From Antedon mediterranea (lineage: Eukaryota; Animalia; Echinodermata): a DNA stretch of 64,000 nt. Of the stretch, positions 36,975 through 49,532 are shown in pieces. The notes under the pieces were generated by a model. That model made no database searches. It had not been told where the DNA came from and saw only the letters and a list, made by a program, of their open reading frames with translations. The number at the start of each line of letters is the position of its first letter. Within the stretch, counting starts at the first letter, position 1. The stretch spans positions 10,588,795 through 10,652,794 of the forward strand of contig NC_092670.1 of assembly GCF_964355755.1 (NCBI RefSeq), given 5' to 3'. A program made the position numbers and the translations under genes.

Positions 36975-38110
36975 TACATTGCTTCAAACATCATCCTACC
37001 TGATGAGGTTGTGAAAAAGTTAAACACAATATTTAAAAAATTTATTTGGAATTAGATCGGAGCGAATATGAATTAGGTGGGTTAAAAGTGTTCCACCTTG
37101 GCAACTATTTAGAATCTATTAGTTTATCGTGGATAATAAAATTGAGTTGTGTCTGTTGTGTCATCTGCAAAACAAGTAATTTTTAGCTCGTTCCTGTCGT
37201 GTAAATTTTGAGGTACTTTAATACACTTAATTTAGTCAGACTGTGTAATTTTGCAAGCAAGTGGTTCTACACCTAGTACAAAAAGAAAGCAGAGATTGGA
37301 CAGCCTTGTCTTACTCCTCTTTCGACATTAAAGAATTTAAACACATGTCCGTTATTGATTAAAATGAAGGATTTTTCCAAAGTTTAGTCTTTTGAGAACA
37401 TCTATTAATATCGCCTATTAATCGAGTCAAATGCCTTTTTAAAATCAACGCATAGCATTCTCGAGTTTCTTGAGATATCTTCAATTAGTCTTATATTTTA
37501 GTGTATATTTCTTCCTTTAACAAAACCGCTTTGATCATAACTAATAATAGAATAACTTCTCGTTGCTAAGCATTTGGTTAGAATTTTATAGTCTATCTTT
37601 AAATGACTGCTAATAGGACGCCAATTATCTCGTGAGTGGCGGGGTAAATCTTTCTCTTTGTGTATAGCATTTAAGAGATTGAGATTTTGTTAATTCACCA
37701 AATTTTTATGATCATTAAATGCATTCACTACATGTTATCCTACTTTAACCCAGAATCTTTTATAAATTCAGGTGAGAGCCCATCATACCCAGGGCTTTTA
37801 TTATTTTCAATCATTTTTAGTGCATTTAAACATTCCTCATAGCTATACCTATATCTAGTTTCGGAAAAGTAATTCCATCTAGAAATGATTCTATATTTTC
37901 TGTAAGAGTGTCGTTTTCAGATCTATATAGTTCAGAAAAGAAACTGACCTGCATGTTTAAAATGTCAGAGTTGTTTGTGATTTCTCTGTTGAATTTGTTT
38001 GAGTTTTTTTATACCTTTTATTTTTTCTAGATTAAAAATATTTTGATGACCTTTCACCTTCTTCGCACCACTTTTCACGAGATCTTATTTGAATGCCTCT
38101 AACTACGTGC
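36975..38110 (-). mobile_element. Decayed, rearranged L1/Tx1-clade LINE ORF2 fragment
   Basis: Minus strand 38110-37150: GIQIRSREKWCEEGE, KSPGYDGLSPEFYK, NWRP, DFKKAFDS, RGVRQGCPIS, FADDT with frameshifts; downstream part (KKFIWN..GGLKV..SWIIKL) lies on + at 36975-37145. Confidence 0.75.
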
Positions 38111-38840
38111 TCGTAAAGCGTTTCATATTCCAATTTTACCTTGTTATATTGACGTCAAAGGGACAATAAGTTTTGTATTTTTATTTTAACCGATTTTTGT
38201 TTGATTTACGCGAATCCGTGAATTTTTATACCAAATTCAATTTTAATTTCAATTTTTTTTAAGAGAGAGAAGAGAGAGAGTGAATGTGATAAGGTTACAC
38301 TTCAGAGTCAATGGTTTTGGCTAACTCAATTTTTGCTTATATGTATAATAATGTTTTTTTTCTTTTATATAACTTTAATTTTGCATGCCACTATTATAAC
38401 CATTTTTATATTTTAAATAGATTTAAAAAAAAAAAGGGAAACAGAAGGATGTAATGTAATGACATACATTTATAATTGAGAAATCAACCTTTGTATCAGA
38501 ATTCAAATAAGTTCACAAACTTGGCCCAGAAAGTCCAGAGGAGAGTTTGTCCAGATGTTTTAAAAGTCCATTTAGCTCATAATTAAATCCCAAAAGTAAA
38601 CAGTTTATTTGACCTCTCTAACTGTTCCCATTGTAAAACAATTAGATATTGACAGTTTTAAGCAAAGATTCGACAGGGCCAATTCATCATTGTAACCCCC
38701 CAGATAAGATCAATCACTCCCACCTAAACACCCCTGGATCAACTTAGGACCAATCATTAGCTCCATAAATGATGTAATTGACATACTGTATGCAAATGAA
38801 CCGAAGCCAATATACCCCCAAGAGCCCAGACACACCTTTA

Positions 38841-41800
38841 GGCTATGGGGCATGCCCTTCTATCGTTTCATTTCGTGATCCCCTATCGGAGGGGAGAATA
38901 AAATTGCTATGACAATTATAACAAAAATATAGATAACCTTAAACTGGCCGGTCCCGCTTGTAAATTTTACGCGTCAACGAAATATGTTTGTTTTTATATG
39001 TATTTTATTGCGATGTAGAAGATTTGTGTAGGTCAGTACAGGTCGCACAATTGACCAATCAAAAAATTTGTCTTTTAACTCATGGAGCTGTGCAACAGTA
39101 ACTGTCCAATCAGATTCCCTTACACAGCGGGATAGGCTACTAGACGATCGTAAACAAACATGTGTTGTTCTTCTGGAGCGCGGAGCAGGAAGATGTCATC
39201 TTCTGATGATCAAAAACGTTGTTATTGACACAATACATCTAATTCTCGGACAATATTAACATTCACAGAAACCAAATGGAAAACTTTTTTAATGTGTACA
39301 AAAAGTTGGTGCAATCTAAGCGGCAATCAAAAGGAGTTTTGTAGCCGCAAATCCTTTTGAAAATATTTAGAGGAGCTTACCAATACTTGTTACCAATTCC
39401 TGGCGACGCTGGATGTCATAAAATGATGCTATCAATATTTCACTGATTGTAGCAAACAAAGGCGAGCAGTAAAATATGAAATAGAGGATGTTAATTCATC
39501 CAACAATGAAGAAGGTAAATTCTATTTGTTTTAATGATAGGTCTAGCCTAGGCCCCTAGCTAGTAGGCCTAGTAATTAGTTCATATCATATCTGCCTTGC
39601 TAAAAAAAGCCTAGCTAGGTAGGTTGGCGGTGGGTAGTCTACAAAGTTTATTTTTTTAATATGTATTAAGCCTACGTAGAGTAGGCTAGGCCTAGTATAT
39701 AATTTTTTTTAAATATCTGGGCCAACAAAAATGAACCCATAATTACAATATGAATTAGGCCTAGCTAGGGTGGCCCCAGTATTATTGTGTAGTGGACCTA
39801 GTTTGATGGTAGGCCTACCTCCATCTTGGGAAAAAACATTTGCATTTTATTATTCAATGTGGTAATGCATGCAAACCTTGGCTTGGTAGCCTCAGGCAAG
39901 GAGAGAATAGACCAACCTGATGCTTTATGTTGTTATTTGAGACATATTATTTGAATTATTGTACTGCAATATTAAATAGTGTATAGATGAACTGATTATA
40001 TTATTATATTTATTACACAAACATTTAGAATCATAAATATTAATTAGTATTCTTTTTTTTTACTGAAGAATTTCAAGGATTAGAGTCAACAGAAGAGTCA
40101 ACAGCAGAACCTGTTACTAAACGAAGGAGAGTTCTGCGATCACATGTAGCAATTACACAAACTGCATAAAAAATGCTGAACGAAGTCGAAGAGCAGCCAT
40201 CGGCTCACAAACAATTAAAATACCAAAAGCCGAACAGCAAATTCCAGAACAGTTGAAAACATTTTTATCTGCATCTGCTAATCAAGTTCTTCTTTCAGAT
40301 ATGAAGCATGTGTGAAGCAGATCACCTCAAGGGAATAAATGTATTCATAACATCATCATTATTATGCCATTCTATTTCAGAATCAAATGGAAAAGTTTTA
40401 ATCAAGAAGAGGCAGACACCAGAATGTTTCTGTATGCGAAGTATGCTGCACACCATGGTGGTAAAGATATTGTTACAATCAGCCCTGACACTGATGATGT
40501 TTTTATTATTGGATTGGCATTTTGCAAAAGTCTGCATGGCTCTCACCTATATTTCAATACTGGAAAAGATGCTAATCTCCGAACAATTCATCTGCAGGCT
40601 ATTCAGGAACATATTGGAAATGATGTTTCAAATGCATTAATTAGACTACATTGCTTCACAGGATGCGATTCAGTCAGCGCTTTTTTTGGGAACGGTAAAG
40701 TGAAGGCAATGAAACTCGTAATGGAAAACTCTAATTTATGCATTCTTTTTATTGGGCAATTCTACCAGCGAACTTTCAGATGAATTACTTTGTGATCTAG
40801 AAACATTTGTATGTAGGCTGTATGGTCAGCAACCTGCTCTACACAGCATTCTCGAATTGTCATCCTGGTCATGTAAAAAGTCAAAATGCAATGAAGGGGT
40901 TGCAAATGAAAAATGCTGTGTATCCTTAGGATTCTCTTGTACAGAATTATGCTCCTGCAAAAACTGTAACAATCTTCTTCATACATCAGATGTTTGAAAT
41001 TGATGGAGATGATAGCGATGATGAGGAAGAGGGAGATGAATTTGAGCAGGAAGAACTTTTTAGTGTAGTTTAAGTGTAATTTATGGTTTACAAATGTTCA
41101 TTTTACTTGGTCTACATGATTTTAATGTAATAGGCCTATAATATGTGAATTTAGGTTAAACTATTTTGTAACTTAACTATTTTGTAACGTAACGGATGAA
41201 CCATGAGAAAGTATAAATAAAGAACCCATGAGATGATAAGCAATATTAAGACACAGGAGTATTATAAGAAACTTTCTACTTTGATGTTTACAATACATTA
41301 ATATGCCTATAATATGTAAATTTATATTAAACTATTTTGTAACTTAACTATTTTGTAACGTAACGGATGAACCATGAGAAAGTATAAAATAAAAACCCAT
41401 GAGATGATAAGCGATATTAAGACACAGGAGTATTATAAGAAACTTTCTACTTTAATGTTTACATTTTTTTCTATAGTTTGGTGTACATGTAAATTTATAT
41501 TAAACTGTTTTGTAACTTAACTACAGTATTTTGTAACGTAACGGATGAACCATGAGAAAGTATAAAATAAAGAACCCATGAGATGATAAGCAATATTAAG
41601 AAACAGGAGTATTATAAGAAACTTTGCTGTAATAATTTCATTTATTTGTTACTAATTGATTATAATTCTATGTTATACATCTACAATGAAAACAATAATG
41701 CAACATTTGATTTATTACTAATTGATTATAATTCTATGTTATGCATCCAATGAAAACAAAAAGTTGCAATTATATAGGAGAGATAATATTAATAAATATT

Positions 41801-42252
41801 TTGTGACAGCATAGTCATGAATTATAAAGATTGAAAATGCATCTTCTTTTCAGTGTGCTTAAATAAATATTAATTAAGGTTTACTAACAGATACATTTCT
41901 TACAAGGACTACAATATTAATGTCAAAATTATGATAAAAATATTGCATGTTAAATGTGAAAGAAAGATACAGTATAAGTTATTCCAATGGAACGATTGTA
42001 TTTTATCCAGTAATAACACTAACAGAAAATATACAAAATAGAGGGCGCTATTTCTATGTATTTCTTTATGTTGAGAAATTCGATTTTTTTACACCTAAAA
42101 TTACACTTATTGCGTAACTTTTGAAAGCGGGACCGGCTGAATTTGTGTTAATCTAATTATTAACTATAAACTGTGTGAATATCTTCCTCCCCCCCGTTAG
42201 GAGATCACGAAATTCGTTTTCTAGGCCTCTTTTTGGCTCATGCCCCATAGCC
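38841..42252 (+). mobile_element. Decayed TIR DNA transposon encoding a PIN/XPG-like nuclease region and C-terminal CXC motif
   Basis: TIR ggctatggggcatg / catgccccatagcc plus imperfect inner TIR; fragments QEEADTRM, SPDTDD, FTGCDSVSAFFGNGK, CKKSKC..CC..CTELCSCKNCNN and an acidic tail. Confidence 0.72.
41136..41625. repeat. Three tandem ~170-180-bp repeats inside the transposon 3' region
   Basis: ttttgtaacgtaacggatgaaccatgagaaagtataaa...ggagtattataagaaacttt occurs three times. Confidence 0.9.
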
Positions 42253-43106
42253 TACTTACAGCTACTTCACGGAGCACACACCTCACAGCCACTTCCTCAG
42301 AAGCAGACCTACACACCTCACATCTCACCAACAGCATCACCTAATCCCCTGTTCCTAATCCTTATACTTATAGTTGTATATTATATTGTATCAAGTATTA
42401 TTGAATAAACAATATATGTGTTACTGCAGTCAAGCGAGTAAGAGTCTTCATTAGAAGTCAAAAACCTCATAACACTATATTACACTACGTGAACATTTTC
42501 ATTAAACCAACGTTTGTTGCACAACTACATATGTACATGCATCTGCTGTCCAAGTTACAACATTACTGCTATCGCCGTTTTTGAGATCTGCGACCAACAA
42601 AAAATGAGCAGAAAAAATGAAATTTTTGACAATAACAATAGGCTATCACTCTACAGAGAGCGATAGCGTAATAAATACAAATACTACTTACTAATGTCCA
42701 CTTCCACAGGGACAGAAAAATAATTATTTTTGCTTTCAATTACAGTTTTTCATGTAAATTTATTTTTTTTTAAATACGGTAAACAAACATTCTACAAAAG
42801 TTTGTCCACTTATTTTTAAAAGGACATCCATGACTTAAATAGTCTTCTCGTGGAAGACAGCTAGCCAACACAAATGGAATCCATTGAAAGATACGATCTT
42901 GGTAGAGCAAATACAATAGCCGGTGTAATTGCACATTGAGCCACTTAAAAAAATAGAAAGAACCCGGTCAAAGATCCCTCAAACCACACCTGAATGAAAG
43001 TTGAAGAAAGATTCCTCATTGTATTTACTATACAGTAACCACTGCGCAGATAGTAATGTTACATACCGCAATGAATCATAATTTTTTTACTATGATGACA
43101 TCTTTA

Positions 43107-43110
<4 letters not shown>

Positions 43111-43183
<73 letters not shown>

Positions 43184-43546
43184 TCTTTAAAATGTTCATA
43201 TATTAAAGATATATATATATATATATATTCCAAAATTGTTTATATCTCTACCAAGCTACCTTCTTTGTTTTCCACTCTTATTCAGACTCCACCCTGGCTC
43301 CCTTTGTTATATTTCTTTTATTCATGTCCACCCAGGCAGCACTTGCCAGCTTTATACTATGACGTTATCCAAATTCCTTCACTTGCACTGATGAAGGGCT
43401 AGTGTTGCCCGAAAGCTCTGCTAACTTTTCTGGCTGTTTACTTTATCGTTTTGATTTAGCTTTTCGCTTTTTATTTTTGTATCTCCATTGAGATCCAGCC
43501 ACTGATACCCACAGCATTGTCATTTTTCTCAGTAATTTGCCTTTGG

Positions 43547-43583
<37 letters not shown>
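43111..43583 (+). mobile_element. Solo Penelope-type pseudo-LTR fragment (~43228-43550) embedded in (TA)n microsatellites
   Basis: (TA)n at 43111-43160, 43189-43228 and 43550-43583; internal minimal hammerhead motif. Confidence 0.65.
43385..43421 (+). ncRNA. Minimal type I hammerhead ribozyme
   Basis: gca-CTGATGA-a-gggc(tagtgtt)gccc-GAAA-gc-TC-tgc: conserved core, 4-bp stem II, 3-bp stem I, palindromic AGCT in place of stem III. Confidence 0.78.
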
Positions 43584-43586
<3 letters not shown>

Positions 43587-44293
43587 TTAATATATGAACA
43601 TTTTAAAGAAGGTTAATGTTAATTTTGTTATTTCGGTCTTGATTGTCGAAATTAATGTTTTAAAATTTAATATGCAATTAATTAATGATTTAATCAACAT
43701 TTTTTTTCTTAATTTCATAATAAATCACAAATATGATACATACAGTTTATGAAAATGCAAAATAGGAGTTCTCGAACATTCGGACGACCTATGTTAATTT
43801 TAAAATTTAGCATCTTTTCACCATTTTCTTAACTTACACTTGCGTAGCCTGTCACTTTTGACGTGCTTGTATAACGTAGTTTTAAGTTGAAAATAAAATA
43901 TGATGAAATTATTAAAGAAAGGTTGTAAAACAGAAATCGGGCAAAAAGAGTGCGTATGAACGCTTAACGCGCAGTGCGCGTGCAAAAATCTGAGCACTCA
44001 TAGCAATTCTTTAACCGCTTAAAATTGCCTGAAACTTATTGTAATTACATCAAAAATAAATTTTAAGCACGCATACGCATGCGTTATATGCGCTACAATT
44101 GTCTCAATACACTTCTGAGCGTTTAGCTGGCTTTAACCATGTGGTTTTCTACCTCGAGCATAACCTTATTGGCTATATGGCAGTATTCAAGTAATTAAAA
44201 TGTTGAATAGCATTTAATCCGATTTACATTTAGGTAAAACTTAGGGTTCCAAGCATCATACAATAAGAAGATCGTTACGAATGTTATGAGGTA

Positions 44294-47200
44294 TCTATAT
44301 ATAAATTTACGTAAGGGAAAAATTCGGTAAATCGCGCCTTACTTCTAGAATGTTTACTCGATGGTATATAAAGTTGGTTCGTACTTTCGATACTGATTTT
44401 AACCACCTGATGTAACCCTGTTTACTAATTAAATGGAGTTCGATAATTAGTTATTGACGATTAAAACGAATTTAGGTTCAACGATTTGCCCCAAATAGGG
44501 GTGTTTTCCGATCGTGGTATACACTGTCCAATGCATGTATATCTTGAAAAATACCCGCATACAATAATACGAGGATGCTTCGCATTTTCCTATCTCCTCC
44601 TACGATAATTGTTTTTAATGGATGAAAACCGGTTGAACAGCTCGAGTACAGCATCATAATGTTGAAGACAGACCTATTTTCTTAAAAACATACTATTTTG
44701 ATAGATTTAATATACATTTATACAAATGTATTGATTTCCGATGAATGGAACATTCCAATAATAAATCTTTGCTTTAACACAAGTACCACCAGCTGTAGGT
44801 AAATGTATTGGCCCTTGGGGAATTAACCTAAAACCTATATATAGATAAGTATTGCAATACTTGGACATTACTGTAAATACGTATTAACATTTGTGGTCGC
44901 CATTGAATTTACTGTGAGTGTGGGTACTGTTAGATGTATAACACAATCATGTACAAATAAACGTATTACTGTGAGTGTAGGCCCTACTGTTAATATATAG
45001 AACGTACAATATACAAATAAACTGTAGTACTGACAGTTGCTTCTCAACGTTTGTATTAATTAATAATTACAAAGAATATAAACGTTGTAGTGGTACGTGT
45101 ATCGTTACATGTACTATGCTATTTCAATCGACTATGACAGTGACAGTTTTAACAAAGTATTAAGTTGCAAATGTGTTACTGTATCAAGTGGTATATTATT
45201 TATAGGCCTGTGAGTAGGCCCTACTGTTATATAAAACGTACAATATACAAATAAACTGTACTACTGACAGTTGCTTCTCAACGTTTGTATTAATTAATAA
45301 TTACAAAGAATATAAACGTTGTAGTGGTACGTGTATCGTTACATGTACATGCTATTTCAATGGACTATAAGAGTGACAGTTTTAATAAAGTATTAAATCG
45401 CAAATGTGTTACTGTATCAAGTGGTATATTATTTATAGGCCTATCAAAGTGAAAAACATATTTTGTTACTGAGTAGATAAATAATATATTAAAACATTGT
45501 TCTTCTTTGTACCCATATCATCTTCCCCATCCCTCAAAACTAATGTTACACACAAAACACAAATTGGGTTTGTTTAAATGAGTCCAAATAACAAATTTGG
45601 ACTCATTTTGTGACAAGTTTCTCTTTCGGAAGTAATTCCCAGTGTGCTAATTTCAGTTTAATACATAAATCATCGTGTCTATTTATTCGTTTCTGTAAAC
45701 AATAATAACTATTATCGTCCTGCAGTACGTACATTAAAATTTATTGGCCCTTGGGGAATTAACCTAAAACCTATATCTATATATAAATTTACGTAAGGGC
45801 AAAATTCGGTAAATCGCGCGTTATTTCTAGAATGTTTACTCGATGGTATATAAAGTTGGTTATAATCTCGGTACTGATTTTAACCACCTGATGTAACCCT
45901 GTTTACTAATTAAATTTAGTTAGATAATTAGTTATTGACAATTAAAACGAATTTAGGTTCAACCATTTGCCCCAAATAGGGGTGTTTTCCGATCGTGGTA
46001 TACACTGTCTAATGGATGTCCTCATGAAAAATACCTGTACACAATAATACGAGGATACTTCGTATTTTCCTATCTCCTCCTACGATAATTGTTTTTAATA
46101 GCTGAAAACCGGTTGAACAGCTCGAGTACAGCATCATAATGTTGAAGACAGGCCGATTTTCTTTAAAAAATACTATTTTGATAGATTTAATATACGTTTA
46201 TACAAATGTATTGATTTGCAATGAATGGAACATTCCAAATTATTTGGTTTAACCATGCTTGCATACCTCCATGATTTAACACAAGTAGGTCAATTTATGG
46301 GCCCTTTGAGAATAAACATAAATAGTATTGTAAAGCTATACAATACTGTAAATAGGTATTAACCACTTTTGATAGCCATTTGAATCGCAAATTTCTTATT
46401 GTGTGTGTTGGTAGGCCTACTGTTTATTATAATATAAACAAATATACTAATAAACTTTATTACTGTGAGTGTGGGTAGCCCCTTCTTTTAGATTATAAAC
46501 ACATAATAATAGGCCTATAATACTTTATTACTGACAGTTGCTTCTCAACGTTTGTATTAATTAATAATTACAAAAAAATATAAACGTCGTGGTGGTGTAT
46601 CGTTACATGTACTTTACTATTTCAATCGACTATGACAGTGACAATTTTAACAGTTATTAAATCGGAAATGTTTTACTCTATTTAGGTTTATATTATTTAT
46701 AGGCCTATTAAAAAAAAACCCAACCCTCAATAATGTTAGATACAAAATACAAATTGGGTTTGTTTAAATGAGTCCAAATCAAACATTTGGACTCATTTTG
46801 TGAGAAGTTTCTCTTTTGGAAGTAATTCGCAGGGTGCTAATTTTGGTTGACTACAAAAATACATAAATAAATGTTTTATAGTCATGCGGTACGTAGGCCT
46901 ACATTTTGAAATCGCCAGTTTTTTTACGCTGAAATTACTATGTATTCGAGAACCATATGTGGGCACGACCTAGATGGTACGCGAGCGAAGCGAGCGTACC
47001 ATCTAGTATAGATAAGTATTGCAATACTTGGACATTACTGTAAATACGTATTAACATTTGTGGTCGCCATTGAATTTACTGTGAGTGTGGGTACTGTTAG
47101 ATGTATAACACAATCATGTACAAATAAACGTATTACTGTGAGTGTAGGCTCTACTGTTATATAGAACGTACAATATACAAATAAACTGTAGTACTGACAG

Positions 47201-47997
47201 TTGCTTCTCAACGTTTGTATTAATTAATAATTACAAAGAATATAAACGTTGTAGTGGTACATGTATCGTTGCATGTACTATGCTATTTCAATCGACTATG
47301 ACAGTGACAGTTTTAACAAAGTATTAAGTCGCAAATGTGTTACTGTATCAAGTGGTATATTATTTATAGGCCTGTGAGTAGGCCCTACTGTTATATAAAA
47401 CGTACAATATACAAATAAACTGTACTACTGACAGTTGCTTCTCAACGTTTGTATTAATTAATAATTACAAAGAATATAAACGTTGTAGTGGTACGTGTAT
47501 CGTTACATGTACATGCTATTTCAATGGACTATAACAGTGACAGTTTTAACAAAGTATTAAATCGCAAATGTGTTACTGTATCAAGTGGTATATTATTTAT
47601 AGGCCTATCAAAGTGAAAAACATATTTCGTTACTGAGTAGATAAATAATATATTAAAACATTGTTCTTCTTTGTACCCATATCCTCTTCCCCATCCCTCA
47701 AAACTAATGTTACACACAAAACACAAATTGGGTTTGTTTAAATGAGTCCAAATAACAAATTTGGACTCATTTTGTGACAAGTTTCTCTTTCGGAAGTAAT
47801 TCCCAGTGTGCTAATTTCAGTTTAATACATAAATCATCGTGTCTATTTATTCGTTTCTGTAAACAATAATAACTATTATCGTCCTGCAGTACGTACATTA
47901 AAAAAAGCATTTTTTTACGCTGAAATTACTGTGTACTCGAGAACCATCTGTGGGCACGACCTAGATGGTCCGCGAGCTTAGCGAGCGTACCACCTAG
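44294..47997 (+). mobile_element. Non-autonomous Helitron with an internal ~935-bp tandem duplication
   Basis: A|TC start, 3' hairpin ctagatggtccgc..gcgtaccacCTAG|T; 44806-45740 is repeated at 45742-45775 plus 47007-47902. Confidence 0.85.
45776..47006 (+). mobile_element. Related non-autonomous Helitron nested in the previous one
   Basis: A|TC...CTAG|T, hairpin ctagatggtacgc-gagcgaagcga-gcgtaccatctag; empty site cctata|tatagataag visible at ~44834-44849. Confidence 0.9.
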
Positions 47998-48639
47998 TTT
48001 TAAAAATTTATATTATATAATATAAAAAAAATTTAATTTCAAATATTATCATTATTATTACTTACTGGTTTTAGTAGAGTTCTTTCAAGTTCTGTCTGAA
48101 TGTTTGTCTTTTCTTTAATTTAAATGTACAATTACTGTATACAATGAAGTATAATGATCTCTATTGTTATTTAGGATGTGGAAAAAGATAATTATGTTAT
48201 TATCTAAGTGCTATTAATTTTATGATGCCGTTCATTTGTGTTGATTATTATATTACTAAAAATATTACTCTAATTGAGCTCGGGTGAGGTCTCTATTCAT
48301 ATCATTACATCTGCAGCTTTATCAGTATTATGAAAACCATTTTTGCCGGCATCCAGTTCTCTTACTAAATGTGGTACTTGGGCCGGTATTATTTCTTGCT
48401 CTCATTAATGCCGGCCCGATTGAAGATTCAAATAATTTGTCGACCCACTCTTGGTGAAGTTGTTCCCAGAAACTCTTTACCTATTACGTAGTCCCTTCTG
48501 GAAAATTTGAATGAATGGTGTTTGCTTAATTAAAAATGGCAAAAGATATACCAAATCCTTTAAAAATTATAGACAAATTTCCTTCCTTTACTAAATTATG
48601 CATTCCCAACTTTATGATTATTTGACAGCTAAGTTAAAT

Positions 48640-49120
48640 ATTCTGAATTAATATCATCAATATGATTTGCAAAGGTCACTCAACTGCTCATGCTGTCTTC
48701 TTAATAATACTTTTATTGAACATAGAGCAATATTAGCGTGAAAGCTCATATATATTGGTGTATATATCAAATAATTATTTGATTGAGAAATTTGTTTGAT
48801 GTAATTAACCATTCTATTTTAAATAAGAAAATGCGAAAATTATGGTATTAAAGGCACTCCTTTAAGCATTTGCTTCTTGAGTTAGTTGGATGGCAGAAAC
48901 AATTTGTCTCTATCCAATCATTTAAATCATCGACCGAGGATATCACTTGTGGGTGTCTCCTCCCCCCAATTTTATTTTTACGTTAATGACCTGACTAATG
49001 TCAGTGAGAAGTTTAAGTGATATCCTTCTATCCCTACTATTTTATTCATCTTCTTGTTGACATTTTATTTAATACTTTTAATTATGAATTGTCTAAATGT
49101 AATGACTGGTTTCTTTAAAT
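48640..49120 (+). mobile_element. Heavily decayed CR1/L2-type RT fragment
   Basis: Remnants of GHSTAHA, FDVINHSIL, YGIKG, ITCG and YVNDL with many frameshifts. Confidence 0.45.
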
Positions 49121-49532
49121 TCTAAATTCTTATAATATTTAGAAGCTCATGATGCTCTTGATTGACTAATAGAAATTCCTATGAACTTACACCAATATCA
49201 AAGAGAAGCTTAGAAACTGAACGTTGATGAAGTCAATGATGATTTAAGCATTTCTGACAAACAGATTGCATCAGACCAAAATTGGTACCCACTTTTCATC
49301 ATGCCTCTCCTCAAATGGTGGCAACTGTCAAGATCTTAGTTAGGCCAGATCCTTTTTATAATTTTTATCAACGACTAAAGGCCAACTCAAACAGCTGAAT
49401 ACCGACGAGACTTGAGATAGCGTCAGGCGCAGTATTTAGGTCGTCGCGATAACTTTAAACTTGTTTTATTTCTCCCACGTGGCCAAGTTATCATAAATTT
49501 CGTTAGGAGAGTAAACAGCACATGTTGAAAGC

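Larger units (their letters stand above)
38691..42484 (+). mobile_element. Possible solo LTR interrupted by the 38841-42252 element
   Basis: tgtaa...ttaca ends and AATAAA at ~42404; no convincing TSD. Confidence 0.3.

Noticed and set aside
42686-42753. Candidate first exon of FReD-2 (gtaagt donor with upstream ATG)
   Set aside because: In-frame stop and no hydrophobic signal peptide
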